Of a DNA stretch of 64,000 bases, positions 25,809 through 39,606 are shown piece after piece. The notes under the pieces were generated by a model, which was not told where the DNA came from, did not search any database, and saw only the letters and a program-made list of their open reading frames with translations. This DNA is from Epiperipatus broadwayi (taxonomy: Eukaryota; Animalia; Onychophora): assembly GCA_028023455.1 (NCBI GenBank), contig JAQFVV010000006.1, positions 9,734,001 through 9,798,000 of the forward strand, written 5' to 3'. Positions within the stretch are counted from its first letter, which is position 1; each line of letters begins with the position of its first letter. Both the position numbers and the translations under genes were made by a program.

Positions 25809-26669
25809 ATTGACCTGTGTGCTATTACTAACTATTGTATATATTTAGAAAGTTTAATAGAGTTTAAAATCTTTCTAAAAACATTCATTTCTTAATATTA
25901 GATGATGAGAATAGTCCAATTAAATAATTAATACTAAAATTGTGTATGTGTGTGCATGCCTTCTAATATCCCTACTTACATATAGATCTGAGATTTTGAT
26001 ACTTAATAGAAAAAAAATACAAACGTCGCAGACCCCTCAAAAAAGTATGGGAAAATGTATGTTATGATTAACTGGGGGGGGGGGGGATAAAATAAAATGA
26101 ATGTGTAACACCCCCCCCAATCAGGTATTATTGTAATCATTGAAAAAATTGAAAAGGTGAAATGGAATTGACTTGGTCATAAATAAACAGACAACAAAAA
26201 CAGTTAAACCAGAGAAGTTTCTAAAAAATATTATAATCAAAGGGCTATTAGAATGTTAAATTGGATTCCAGTAAATTATAAAAGACCTAGAAAGAGACCG
26301 TGTGCAAGATTGATGGATGAAATAAAAAAATTTGCTCAAGTATTTTGCAAAAAGAAACTATAGATCAGAAAAATTGGATTAACTTAATGAAATCTTCATC
26401 ATATAATGGATTATTAATGTTTGAAAATGGTGATATATATATATGTAGGCATATAAATATATTTCAATGCAAATGCACCCATTTATAACTTTAATATTTT
26501 TCTTAAAGTCTAGTTATCATGTATGCTTGCAAAAGTTAGCATAATGCTAATGCATTCATCATTTCATTATTTATATATATGTTTTATATTGTTTTTACAG
26601 TTTATTTTGTGCCTTATTTTATCAGCTATCATAAGTATGCTATTCCAAATCTAAGAAGGAAAGATAAAA

Positions 26670-27865
26670 ATAATAACAATGATAATAGTAGTGTAATAGT
26701 AGTAATAAAAGTAATAGTAATAGCAGTTTAGTAGTGTTAATATAATAGTAATAGTATTAGTAGTAATAGTGTAGTAGTAGTATTGTAGTAATAGTAATAA
26801 TAATAATAGTAATAGTAGTGGTATAGTAATAGTAGTAATATAATAATAACAGTAGTATAATAATAATAAGTCATAGTAGTAATAGTGTAATACTAGTAGT
26901 AGTTGTAATAATAATAATAATACTAGAAATAGTATAGTAATAGTGATGTGGTAGTATTAATAGTAATAATAATAATAATGATAATAGTAATATAGTAATA
27001 ATAGTAACAGTATTAGTAGTACTATAGTAATAGTAGTAGTAGTAGTAATGGTAGGAATAATAGCAATAATAGTAATAATAATAGTGGTAGTAATATAATA
27101 ATAATAATAGTAATCATAGTAGTATAATAGTAGTAGTAGTGTAATACTAGTAGTTATAATAGTAATAGTAGTAATAGTGGTAGTAGTAATAGTAGTAATA
27201 GTATAGTAATAGTGGTAGTAGTAGTGTGGTAGTATTAATAGTAATAATAATGGTAATAGTAATAGTAGTATAGTAGTAATAGTAACAGTATTAGTAGTAT
27301 AGTAAGTCATGTAATAGTAGTAGTAGTAGTAATAATAGTAATATAGTAACAGTAGCAGTAATAGTAATAATAATAATAGTAGTAGTAATATAATAGTAAT
27401 AGTAATTGTCATAGAAGTATAGTAGTAGTAGGAGTAGTAATGTAATACCAGTAGTAGTTGTAATAGTAATAATAGTAGTAGCAGTGGTGTGGTAGTATTA
27501 ATAGTAATAATAATATTAATATTAATAGTAGTATAATAGTAATAGTAACAGTATTAGTAGTATAGTGATAGTAATGTAATAGTAGTAGTAATGTAATAAT
27601 AGTAATATAGTAATAGTAGCAGTAATAGTAATAATAGTAAGTGTAATAGTAGTAGTAATATAATAATAGTAATAGTAATAATTGTAGTGTAGTAGCAGTA
27701 ATAGTAATAATAATAGTGTAATAGTAGTAGTAATATAATAGTAGTAGTAATAGTCATAGTATACTAGTAGTAGTAGTAATGGTAATAATAGTTATACTAA
27801 TATAATAATAGTAGTAGAAATAATAATATTAGTATAATAATAGCAATAATGGTAATAATAACAAT
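26670..27865. repeat. Degenerate (TAG/TAA)n trinucleotide microsatellite, ~1.2 kb
   Basis: Directly visible. Confidence 0.95.
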
Positions 27866-28645
27866 ATCCTAAAAATGAGTTTTTTTATGATTATACAAAT
27901 AAATCTGTGAACCATAAGTACATCTCAGATATAGATGTTACCCCATTATTCGATTTATTTGATATTATGCAGTACTGTCTTAATTTTGTCTGCAGATAAC
28001 TTCCACTTCTGAAATAGTTAAATTCCATGTCTGATTGTAGTTCTCAAATATATTTCATTTTCTGCCAGATCTTCCAAATGAAAACATTAGCATTGCATTT
28101 CTTTAATTAAGATGTCTTTGAAATAATGTTTATAACATAAATAGTATTTCTTTCTCACAAAAGTCATATTCAAATTCACCAAAAACACTCTTTTAAGTAA
28201 TTTTGTATTGGTCACATGACCTATGCACCAAAGGTGTGATTTTACTTTAGTGGATTCTATAATATTCCCCCCAAAAAATTGAGAAGCACATTGATTGGTT
28301 TTATAATCTTACCATTGTATTTTTAAAATTTTATGGAGAATTCTTAATAAATTTTTTCCATTGCTTTTATGTTATTTCAAGAGCATGTCCAAGTCTCACA
28401 TCCATACAAAAAGTCACATAAAAAAACTATTTCCAGATAATTTAATTACAGTAGTTATTTCCTGTGATAAAATCCTTTATCTTTTAACTTGTTAAAAGCA
28501 TCAATGGCACATTAAAGTCTGAGTTACACCCATGCAAAGATTTAAATCCACATTTGTACTTCAAAAGTTATCAAGACATTTAAATTATCTTACATTCTTA
28601 AACCGATACCTATCCAAAGTAAAATTTGTTGTTGATCATTTTATC

Positions 28646-28742
28646 TTTTTTTCATGTGTCATAGCATCAGCCAGGAAGCAAACCTCCTAACCTGGCACAA
28701 CTGCTTGTAAGGCAGCTGTGCTGACCTCTCGACCACCAATCT
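28646..28742 (-). mobile_element. tRNA-Gly-derived SINE (TAC type)
   Basis: The minus strand reads tggtggtcgagaggtcagcacagctgccttacaagcagttg...cttcctggctgatgctatgacacatg(a)n. Confidence 0.82.
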
Positions 28743-28924
28743 TATAAAGAACCCAAGTTTTTTTCCAATATTAATTGCTAAACAAATTAACTGATTTTGA
28801 AAAAAATATCACACAACAAAATCCAGTAAGATGAAGCTTTTGTTTCTGCTTTTAATCACTTGAAATTAAAAATTCCACCATCAAATCTATTCCTGTTTCA
28901 TTAAGTGACACGAGTAGTTCCAAA

Positions 28925-29010
28925 CTGTAATTAGTGGGGATTTGAACCCAGACTTTCAAATTATCTCTAGTTATCCACTCCATCCTATACAATGATACAC
29001 ATGACCACAT
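28925..29010 (-). mobile_element. Second SINE-like family (also ~29370-29455, 30250-30310, 50890-50975, 51320-51395)
   Basis: A recurrent gggatttgaa(c/t)ccagactttc...tccactccat motif, whose reverse strand has a B-box-like GGTTCAAATCCC. Confidence 0.55.
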
Positions 29011-29953
29011 ATATGCAAAAAAGATAAATAATTTTCAATCTACAAGTTTTATGCTATCAGTTGGTCTGGATTACTATCTCTCACACACATATATAATCAG
29101 TGCTCAATAGCAAATCTTCAAACTTTAATGGACAGGCTTCAAACTTCTCTACTCTCCAACTCTATAGCCATCCATATCATTAAAAATCTGATGATGGTAT
29201 GTTCAAAGCCATTGCTTGTCAATTTTGCTGTCATATCCATGTTGACCATAAAGCATTTTGATACCTCATATGTAGGATTCTAAACACACAGAAGAGAGAT
29301 GGGCAGAATACAGGCTGAATATGCAATATTTTAATACAAGTATAGTATATATATATTTTTAAGCTAAATGTAATAGGGGGTTTGAACCCAGACTTTCAAG
29401 CTCCCTTTCATTATCCACTCCATTATATACAGTCGATGCTCATGATCAATGTAATACAAATTGAAAATAAAATTGAAATAAATACACATAATTGTTGAAT
29501 GTAAGTTTTATTTTAATCACATCAGATTTTCCATCTATAATAATAACACTTCCTTTTGTTCCAACATATAAATGCTATATGATATAGATAAACTTTGATA
29601 AACAATCAACTAATTTCAAACAATCCTATAGATTTGTTTAATTAAGTAAATTCAACGAAAACTGTCGCATATCACTGAAACTTATTGAAGTGATTTGGCT
29701 GACCAACAGAATATTAGGGTGCACAGTCAGCTGGAAACCTTGAAATATTGCAATATTTGCATGTATTATTGATACTCAACAAATACAAATATGTTTTATT
29801 TTGTAATAATTATATATTGAAATACAAGTATAATGTATATAAACAAGGCAAAACTCTCCATACAGTAGCGCTACCCTGTGCCAACCAGAGTAATCAATGG
29901 ATGCCAAAAGGCTTGTGCATAAAATCCATATCTAGTGCCTACTCATCCAATAT

Positions 29954-29994
29954 CCCCAGACTAGTTTCTGGCCTGTGGCCTTACGTCAGTGAGG
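29954..29994 (-). ncRNA. Hammerhead motif with damaged core
   Basis: Reads CCTCA-CTGACG(T)A-AGGCCACAGGCCA-GAAAC-TA-GTC-TGGGG, with an extra T in the core. Confidence 0.7.
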
Positions 29995-30038
29995 AGTCTT
30001 GGATCTGAGAGCACTGCACCTAGATCTTAGGAAAGGCT

Positions 30039-30077
30039 CCTCACTGACGAAGGTCACAAGCCAGAAACTAGTCTGGG
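30039..30077 (+). ncRNA. Minimal type-I hammerhead ribozyme, intact core
   Basis: Reads CCTCA-CTGACGA-AGGTCACAAGCCA-GAAAC-TA-GTC-TGGG. Confidence 0.82.
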
Positions 30078-30324
30078 CATATTGGATGAGTAGGCACTAG
30101 ATCGGGATTTTATGCACAAGCCATCTGACATCCATTGATTACTCTGGTTGCCACAGGGTGACACTACTGTATGGAGAGTTTTGTCTTGTTTAATAACAAT
30201 TATGTGCTAGTATAAGAGATAATGATCATATAATTTATATACTTAGATGTAATTAAAGGGATTTGAATCCAGACTTTCGAGTTTCGTGCAGTCATCCATT
30301 CTATTCAATATATATATATATACA

Positions 30325-30420
30325 ACTTGCACTGAGTGGCACTACTGTATGGAGAGTTTTACCTGTTTTAACAGCTTGAGCAAGCATAAGAAATTGTGAT
30401 CATGTGATGTTTAATAGTTT
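30325..30420 (+). mobile_element. Tail fragment of the hammerhead fold-back family
   Basis: Reads ttgcactgagtggcactactgtatggagagttttacctgtttaacagc...gtgatcatgtgatgtttaat. Confidence 0.75.
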
Positions 30421-30692
30421 CATTTACATAGCTCAGTGGGAGATAGAATTATTTCCATTTTATTCCTGTTGAAGTTATGATTATTTATTATTACAATTAT
30501 TAAACTGACTTTTAATTTGATATTTAGAGGTTGTTAAAACAACAGAGCTAAAAAATAGAACTAAAAAATAGACTGGTATCATTTTATCTTTTCATAGTTG
30601 TTTTTTTTGCATAACACAGTGAGAGATACAGTTAATTCCATTTCATTTATATATATTTGCACGTTTTTATTTTTATTAGTGTGTCTTTCATC

Positions 30693-30835
30693 ACTTATGA
30701 AAGCCACAAGCTAGAAACCAGTCTGGGGATATTGGATGAGTAGGCACTAGATAGAGATTTTATACACAAACCTTCCTGAATCCATTGATTATTCTGGCTT
30801 GCACTGGGTGGAGCTACTGTATGGAGAATTTCGCC
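30693..30835 (+). mobile_element. Right-arm fragment of the hammerhead family, core damaged
   Basis: Reads cacttatgaaagccacaagctagaaaccagtctggggatattggatgagtaggcactag... Confidence 0.78.
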
Positions 30836-31718
30836 TCTATGTCTATCTTTCATATTCTGTTTGCGATCATCCATCAGCCCAGCAGTCATACCAATCCCTC
30901 ACATTACAGATATATTTCAAATATACATTTTATTAATTAAGCCATATAGCATATGTTAAAATTAAACTTCGTATAGGAATTTTTTTGAGAGATACTTAAC
31001 TTCATATATATACTTTTTAAACTTCTATTCTATCGGACATTTACTGAAATATATGATCAAAATTATGATGATTCCATAAGGTGCACACTTTGTGCTGAAG
31101 CAGCACTCATTAGTTGGCCCAGATCACAATCTCTTGCACATATCTTCATGATTTGTTAAAACAAAGATTCATTCTTGATCTGCTAAATATATCAATGATG
31201 ATTTCAGATTATTTAATCTGCATGTAAATTAAAATAATGGACAAAATTCACATTATAGTTTTAAAATGTATCAAATACCTAAGCTTGTATAACAACAGAG
31301 CTTTTGGGTAGATTGATATTCTATCTTTTTATTGACGTTAATGTTTATATAACTCACTGGAAGATAGAGTTACTTTCGTTTCAATTATATATATCATCAA
31401 AAATGGAGATTAATTAAATCCATTATGCTGTTCTTTTATATAAATTATAATAAATAATAAAAAATTATATACAACTATATATATATAATAACAATAAAAA
31501 TAATAAATATAATGGTAATTAAGTATTACATACAGTATTTCAATGCATAGAAGTACTTTTGGTTAATTCCTTAATCCTCCTCAACTGTCATTAAATTCAA
31601 AAATAATTAAAAAGCCTTTTTTGGCACATGGTTTAATTATTATAATTATATAATAATTATGGTTTATTTATTATAATTATATATTTATGGCTACATATTA
31701 AATGTGTACGAAAAAAAA

Positions 31719-31987
31719 GTACTTTATTTCCAACTATATATTACACACTAAGCATGGTTTTGGCATTATCTGTCAGATTCATAGTGCTCAACTATTCCTC
31801 AGCTTGTAGTTCTTGCTTTTATAAATCTGCATATTATTTAAATGTATTCATTTAAATATTTTATCTTTTGATAATGGAATGCTTGCTTCTTTTTTTATTA
31901 ATCAAGTGGAATAGTTGAGCACGATGAATCTGACAGATAATGTTGAAAGTATGCTTATTGTGTAATATGTATTTGGAAATAAAGTAC
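31719..31987. mobile_element. Fold-back/MITE-like element
   Basis: gtactttatttcca / tggaaataaagtac and cattatctgtcagattcat.gtgctcaactattcc / ggaatagttgagcac.atgaatctgacagataatg. Confidence 0.75.
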
Positions 31988-32409
31988 CTTTTCTTGTTGC
32001 ACATTTAATACATAGTCATAAATATTACAACTGGCACAAGAAAAGTGAAATTAAAGGATATATATATATATATATATATGTAACACAAACATGACTTAAT
32101 TAACAGGCAGGCAACAAACATTAAGATCACGGAATTGTGGGAAGGTTAGCCTTTCAAAGTGTTAGTTGACAAAGATTCCTAGAATAATTGAAAGTGCTCC
32201 TAGGTGGATAAAATTTTTAATTATCTAATTAATGTATTTAATTATATAATTACATATATATATTATTTGTATAAATACGTGTGTGTACTGTGAATATATT
32301 CATAAATTAATACAGTATGTTATTTTTAATGACCATAAATGTAAGAACAAAAAAATACAAATATTTAAAAGAATTAAATAATATTTATTTTTATAAAGCG
32401 CAAACAGTA

Positions 32410-32526
32410 TTAAAATTAAATTGAGAGACTGCAAAACCTCTCGCGCTCATTACTATAACAGCCGATCTGATTGGCTGTTATAGTAATGAGCATGAGAGGT
32501 TTTGCAGTCTCTCAATTTAATTTTAA
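32410..32526. repeat. Near-perfect palindrome, ~57-bp arms, 3-nt loop
   Basis: The arms differ only at CpG positions (cgcg versus catg; ccga versus ccaa). Confidence 0.92.
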
Positions 32527-33009
32527 AAGAATTAAATAAAAACATATTTTGAAAAAAAACCCATAAGTATCATCATAAAGAGACTTGTAGAGATTCCAAC
32601 CAAAAATAGATTCATTAATGGCTTTATTAAGTTCTTCAATTTTGTTATCGTAACAATAGATTAGATAGTCATTATCTATATAGTCCATTGTTTAAGTTTA
32701 CTCGCATCTATATAAGTCAGGAGTTACTAAATTTTATTCATGAAACAAATGAATGCAATCATTATGATTTGATCATAATCTGATGATGATCCTTCAGTAA
32801 CGATCAAGATCAAATCTAGTTGGATGTGGAAAAAGTAATTTGTTTGAAACTTCATAAAAGTCTACTTTTTATGCCATAATTTTTGGTTTGCTGGTTATTG
32901 GTTGAACATCCACAAAGAGAATTTTAGATGAACCTTAGATGGCAAACCTATATCCTCACTATTGGCAGTCTCAATCTACCTAACTTCCTTTTATACATTT
33001 TCTTTCAGA

Positions 33010-33270
33010 CAGTTTATGACATCTGTTGGAGTGACTTGTAAAAGAACAGGAAGTTATTGGAAAAGGGAATGGAAGTATATAGAATTGTGCAGGCAAATAA
33101 TAAAAAGACTTGAATGTTTAAGAAATATTGATATAAGACAAAACAAACTTGATGTAGTAGATAAAATAAAATGCACAAGAAATTATAATATATATATAGA
33201 AATAAATAAGTAATTCCTCTGAAAAGAAAAAGAATGTAACAAAGACTATAAAAAGATATGATGCAAAACC
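33010..33270 (+). mobile_element. Highly decayed LINE fragment
   Basis: Purine-rich coding-like stretch resembling RTE 3' regions (RNIDIRQNKLDVVDKIK). Confidence 0.35.
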
Positions 33271-34259
33271 AACTAACTCCGTTTATATACTTTACATATT
33301 GAACATACAATAAACTTGACCATAGTATAGTCTATTATATATGATAATAATAAAAGAATTAAAAAAAGATCATGAATCATGTATATTATAGCAAATATAA
33401 ACCAATGCATTAATATCGTGCATACTTCTAAACATATGCATGAAAATGTGATTTTAAGCAAAGTGTGGAGGTTAAAAATGTGTGTGCACATGCAGTGAAA
33501 GGATACAATTTTATGCATAATAGATAAATATATATTTTCATATATAAATATGTGTGAATGTGCATATAGTATGTACATATTAAATTCATGGTAAAGATAG
33601 TTGGTTTTTAAAGTGAATTATGGAAAGGCTATTTTGTTTTCTGTATATATGTTATTTATATGATACTGAATTTCACTTGAGGTCTATTTGTTAATTGATG
33701 AAATCCTGGTCATGAGAGAATTTTAGTAAATTTTGTTTTTGGCTAGTATTCATCATCATCATCAACCATTAACAATACACTACAGTAAATGTGCAAGTAC
33801 GTACATGTGTTTTATACATATTTGTAATTTAAACCTGAAATAACAGCTCTGGAAACTAGGTGTAAATAACACTCATATATCATAAAATAATAAAGAATAA
33901 AATAGTCTAATGGATCACCTACTCTTTAAGCTTTCATTAAGTATATGCTTTTGTTTACTGGTGTTTTTGAAAATAAAAAGTGAAAATTATATATTAGCCT
34001 AATTTAAATATATTAGAAATCATTCTGAAATTATGATTAAACATTTACTGCTAAAAATGGAGTCTTATTTTTAAGAACATTATAACATTAATAAAATATC
34101 AGTTTGTAAATGGAATATTTAATATGCATAGCTTAATGTATATGAAATTTAGATGAGAATAACATGACCAGATTATGATGTATTAGTAAGACCCATATAT
34201 CATTAAACAACAAAGAATAGAATCTGGACCATAATTTTGTTGCTCGGGAGATCATAAGA

Positions 34260-34335
34260 AGTTTGAACATCAGAATCGATCTTGGAATCTCTTAATCCCA
34301 AATCAGATACCCCACCAACTGCACCATACTACATA
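34260..34335 (-). mobile_element. Third tRNA-derived SINE-like family (also ~39320-39420 + and ~42685-42785 +)
   Basis: Shared pattern (t/g)tggt(g/a)(c/t)agt...cc(c)a(a/g)gatc(g/a)attctga...ttcaaa.ttcttatga.ctc, with A-box and B-box-like segments. Confidence 0.5.
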
Positions 34336-35590
34336 GAGTCAATGGACTGTAATAGTGGATCATTAATTTTTTACATTTTTAATGAGATTCTGGGTTGATA
34401 TTTAAATTTTATATATATTAGCTATACACTAATTTTTCCATCACTTTTATATGTAATTTTTTCTCTTATGTATATTCATATATGTAATGGAGTTTTTTTT
34501 ATCTTTGTATCATAAACTTGATATTGAGCTCAACAGCAAAAGTATGCTCATCTTTATGATACCAAGGTAAGAAAGAAACCACTTTGTTACCTTCATGTAA
34601 ATACATATACAAATGATTTGTATTAAGCTATGCATATTTGATCCTGTATATATTTGTGTGTATGGAGAGGGTATATGTATGTGTATATTATGTTTATGTA
34701 GATGTGTACATATTTTTATATACATTTACATATAAAACTGAGTACCTGTATTTGTGTGTGCAATGTATTTGAATGTATGTTGATACATCAGGTATATGAT
34801 ATGAATATTGATATATTATGTGAATATATAGATTGGTGTAATTGATTGGCCAAATATTGCATACTTTACGTATATTAACACAATTATATTGTTTATTTAA
34901 TAAGCTGTCTGGCATACTTGTAAAATATAACTCATAGATTTTTCGATTTTTCATATCGTTTTGCACTTATAAAATAAAAACATTGTCTAAGCAAAAACTT
35001 CTATTACAAATAGCCAAATGTTCAGCGAATGCACATTTAAATCTATACACAGAATATTACAACTTTTTTTTATTATAAAAGTTTATATTCCATGAATTCT
35101 CTTTTTCAAAACTGCCAATGCAACTGAACCCGCATTGGCACCCCACTTTATAAATAATATTCGCTGATTTTATCAATAGCATCCTTTTTTTTTAATAATT
35201 CATCTACCAGTATTTGGTCTAGCAGTAAACACAATATTAAAATGAAAAGAAACCAATGATGTAATCATCATCATCAAACATTATCAATCATAGGGCAATG
35301 AAATCCGAGTATCTCTTCAATATTTATCTATATGTAAATTTATATAATGTAAGTAAAATATCTTTTCTATTATATCCTACATTCAATAATTCAGTAGCAT
35401 ATATTACAATATCGGATAATTTATTACTTTAAAATTTATATAAAATATTATTTCTAATCGAAAGTGTTCTAAATCTTGCATAAGAAGAACATTTGACTTG
35501 GGATGTATAAATCTCATAATGGACAAAAGTTTTATGAACATTTTATAACTGATTACATTATATTCTCTTCCTAAAATTAAATCATAATGT

Positions 35591-36252
<662 letters not shown>

Positions 36253-36984
36253 GTGTGTATGTAGGTATGTTTCTACATAAGTACACTTAATTTTTTGTAA
36301 TGGAGGAATATACTATATATTATGTCAAATCTATTATTTTTATATCATTTTGTGAATAATAATGTTATTAGATTTAGTTGCTATATCGACAGATATTTTT
36401 ACATTTGGTTTTAATAACACGCTGATGCGCTACGGTGAAACTTTTTTATATAATAATTTCTGTAGGCTTTCAATATTATAATTTCTGCAGTGTAAGCGCT
36501 TTCAGAGTTTTGTTACTCCATAATCATAGTCTCTTAGATTATTAATGTCATTGTACGCTAGTGTATGCAAAACTATCTCCTATATTATCCATTTGTTTTT
36601 ATAAAAAAAATATAGTCTTAAAACAAAACAAAACATTTTATTTATTACAGTATATAAGACTGTTTAATTTTTATAATTATTATTTATGTATTATATATTC
36701 TCTATTTAGTAATTTGTAATTAGTTTTTTGTTGTTGTTGTTGTTTTAAGTACTGTACTAATTTTACATTTATAGGAAAATGAGTAAATTTTTTTTCTGTT
36801 CTTGTTACTTTAAAAAGATTATTATTTTTTAAAAAATAAAATTGAACGGTATTAATTGAATAAAAGTAAACGTAATTTATTACCATAACCTATATTTATA
36901 TTTTGTAATGTTTCATTTTCATCAATCTCATATTGAAAATAAAGAAATTCATGAAATAGCATGCTATAATTTTTATGAATTGTT

Positions 36985-37293
36985 ACTCTTGAAGCAGATT
37001 GCATTGCACATTAATTTTTATTCTTGAAGCAGGCTGCACATTAATTTTTACTCTTGAAGCAGATTGCATTGCACATTAATTTTTACTCTTGAAGCAGTTT
37101 CCATTGAACATTAATGTTTACTCTTGAAGCAGATTGCATTGCACCTTAATTTTTACTCTTGAAGCAGATTGTATTGCACATTAATTTTTCCTCTTGAAGC
37201 AGTTTCCATTGCACATTAGTTTTTACTCTTGAAGCAGATTGCATTGCATATTAATTTTTACTCTTGAAGCAGATTGCATTGCACACTAATTTT
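36985..37293. repeat. 35-bp minisatellite, 9 units
   Basis: The unit is actcttgaagcagattgcattgcacattaattttt. Unit 2 is 30 bp, and units 4 and 7 share the variant cagtttccattg. Confidence 0.95.
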
Positions 37294-38088
37294 AAGCTTT
37301 AATTAATAAAAGGATTGGTAGATGCTAATAAAAAAATGCTAATATTATTTACTTGTGATTACTCAATTTAGAATTATAAAAATGCTTTTATATGGATAGT
37401 CTGAATTATTAATCCAAATATAATTTTAAATTAAATTTAAAACATTTTTTCTTTCACAAATATTAAATTTTTTAATGCTGAGTAAAACAAAGTGCATGTG
37501 TCACTTAAAGAACAAGATAACAGAAGAAAAAAAAAGACTTCTAGTGGGTTGATGTTAATGTTATTTTTCGAAAACATGATTTTAAAATAAATTAATTTTT
37601 TTTAGATAAATATTAAATGTTTTAAAGCTGAATAATGTTGACTAGTTTAAATGTAATTTAGTAGCATAATTTATTAAACACAATTTATTAGTGAATATTG
37701 CTTTAAAATATTAATTAAAAAGGGAGTAAAATAATTTAAGTATTGTATTTTAAATATATTTAATTAATATAATACATCTTTGTAAACTAATAAACACTTT
37801 TTAAGGACTACTATCCTTTCCAAAGACAATATAAAGTCTTTTGAAAAGATAGAATGAATCCTCTCTATCTTTATAACCTAAACATATATATATAGAGGCA
37901 AATCTTAAGCATTTCAAAATGAGAGCTGAAGATATTAATCATTTTAAATTTCATTTGCTATGTTTTAATTATTGATGTTTGAGAAATTTTTACAATTTAC
38001 GATTACATGTTAGGATTAGATGTAATATTAAACATATATGTAATGAGTAATTTATTTATATAGCACTATGTTTTAATCTGTAACTAAT

Positions 38089-38220
38089 TAGGGATCACCT
38101 ATTACACATGTGCTGTAAACTAATAAACATTTTTTAAGGAATACTCTTCTTTCCAAACACAAGAGTATTCCTTAAAAAGTGTTTATTAGTTTACAGCGCA
38201 TGTGCAGTGGATGATCCCTA
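38089..38220. mobile_element. Small hairpin MITE
   Basis: tagggatca / tgatcccta ends with internal arms gctgtaaactaataaaca..ttaaggaatactctt / aagagtattccttaa..tgtttattagtttacagc. A partial copy lies at ~37780-37850. Confidence 0.8.
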
Positions 38221-38500
38221 ATGATTGTTAATATAACTCAGTAAAGATAATTCAAAAATAAATAAATCCATTGCTTATATTAATCTCATTATAAAAATGT
38301 TTGCATTGCAAATACATTGGCAGGAAATACAATAAAAAATAAGATGTTTTGTTCTCCATTTTACAAATAGTGTTTATTGAATATTCATGGTAACATATAA
38401 TTCGATAGTTGAGAATCCATAACCAATCAATTACTCTACTTTTTTTAACAATTCAATCTTTTCATAAATGAGTTTCAGTATGTAAATCATATTCTATCAT

Positions 38501-38868
38501 TAAAACAGGTAAAACTCTCTATACGTATTGCCACTCAGTGCAAACCAGAGGAACAAGGCTCCTCACTGATGAAGGCCACAAGCCAGAAACTAGTCTGGGG
38601 ACTCTCAGACCTGAGGTTCCTCACTGATGAAGGCCACAAGCCAGAAACTAGTCTGGGGACTCTCAGACCTGAGGTTCCTCACTGATGAAGGCCACAAGCC
38701 AGAAACTAGTCTGGGGATATTGGATGAGTAGGCATTAGATAGGGATTTTATGCACAGGCCTTCGGGCATCCACTGATTGATTACTCTGACTTGCACTGAG
38801 CGACAATAGGTATAGATAGTTTTGCCTGTTTTAATAGCAGTTATGAAAAAGCACAAAAAATGGTGATC
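38501..38868 (+). mobile_element. Hammerhead fold-back derivative with short left arm and a triple HHR array
   Basis: The inverted tail is 38501-38550 and the right arm runs to ggtgatc. The TSD-like pair atgtaaatcatattctatcat / atgtaaatatattctataat is at 38480-38500 and 38869-38888. Confidence 0.9.
38561..38716 (+). ncRNA. Three identical tandem minimal hammerhead ribozymes, 58-nt period
   Basis: CCTCA-CTGATGA-AGGCCACAAGCCA-GAAAC-TA-GTC-TGGGG occurs at 38561-38600, 38619-38658 and 38677-38716, with linker actctcagacctgaggtt. Confidence 0.88.
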
Positions 38869-39497
38869 ATGTAAATATATTCTATAATAGTGGATTTAAA
38901 ATGATCGTTTATTCATCATTTTTATACTGATCTTTCTTTTGAAAATAAAGATTTAGAAAGAATTGTAAAATATTCATTTTTATACTTTATACTTAGTTGA
39001 GAATTAATAAATCGAATTGTTCAACAAATCGTTTATCTATTATTGATTCTCGGATATGTACAATATTAAGATTTGCAATTCTTCATTAAATTTTATGCTC
39101 AAAAGAAATATTAGCATTAGAATGATGATGTGAGTTGTCTAATATCAGGTTACCTTTAAGTCCATCAGGTACTACAATTCATGTAGAGATGAACAAGTTG
39201 AAATGTTAGAAATGTTTTTCGCCTTATCTGTGAATGATTTCCAACTGTATATAAACCCCCAAAAATTGCATTCATCTGATATCTGATCATTTTTTGTGTT
39301 ATCATGTATGGTCAGCCATGTGCAGTTTGGTATAGTGGTGGAGTATCTGGCTTACGATGGGGAGGTCCCAAGATCTACTCTGACACAGTTTTCGTGCTTC
39401 AACCCCTTATAAACTCCCAACCATAAAAGTCATATATGTTATTTATGAATGCTCAAGAGACACAACTTGTAAAATAGCATACAAAAACCTTTTTATT

Positions 39498-39606
39498 GTC
39501 AAGCATTGTTAGCCAAGAGGTTAGCAAAGCTGCCTTGCAAGCAAGTAGTTGGTTGCAGATGATTGTTGCGGGTTCGCCTCCCAGCCGATGCCATGACATA
39601 TGAAAA
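39498..39606 (+). mobile_element. tRNA-Gly-derived SINE, long (TGC) subfamily, with TSD
   Basis: Reads gtcaagcattgttagccaagaggttagcaaagctgccttgcaagcaagtagttgg... Flanks are aaaaacctttttatt / aaaaactttttatt. Confidence 0.85.

Larger units (their letters stand above)
29841..30228. mobile_element. Most complete hammerhead fold-back: two ~160-bp inverted arms, each with an HHR, around a 33-bp spacer
   Basis: The left arm is 29841-30000, the spacer 30001-30033 and the right arm starts at 30034. The TSD-like pair tataatgtatat / tataatttatat is at 29829-29840 and 30229-30240. Confidence 0.9.

Noticed and set aside
26957-27757. ORFs 26957..27412 and 27554..27757
   Set aside because: These are translations of the (TAG/TAA)n microsatellite.
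36985-37293. CRISPR-like array
   Set aside because: The units are contiguous with no unique spacers, no cas genes are present, and the context is eukaryotic.
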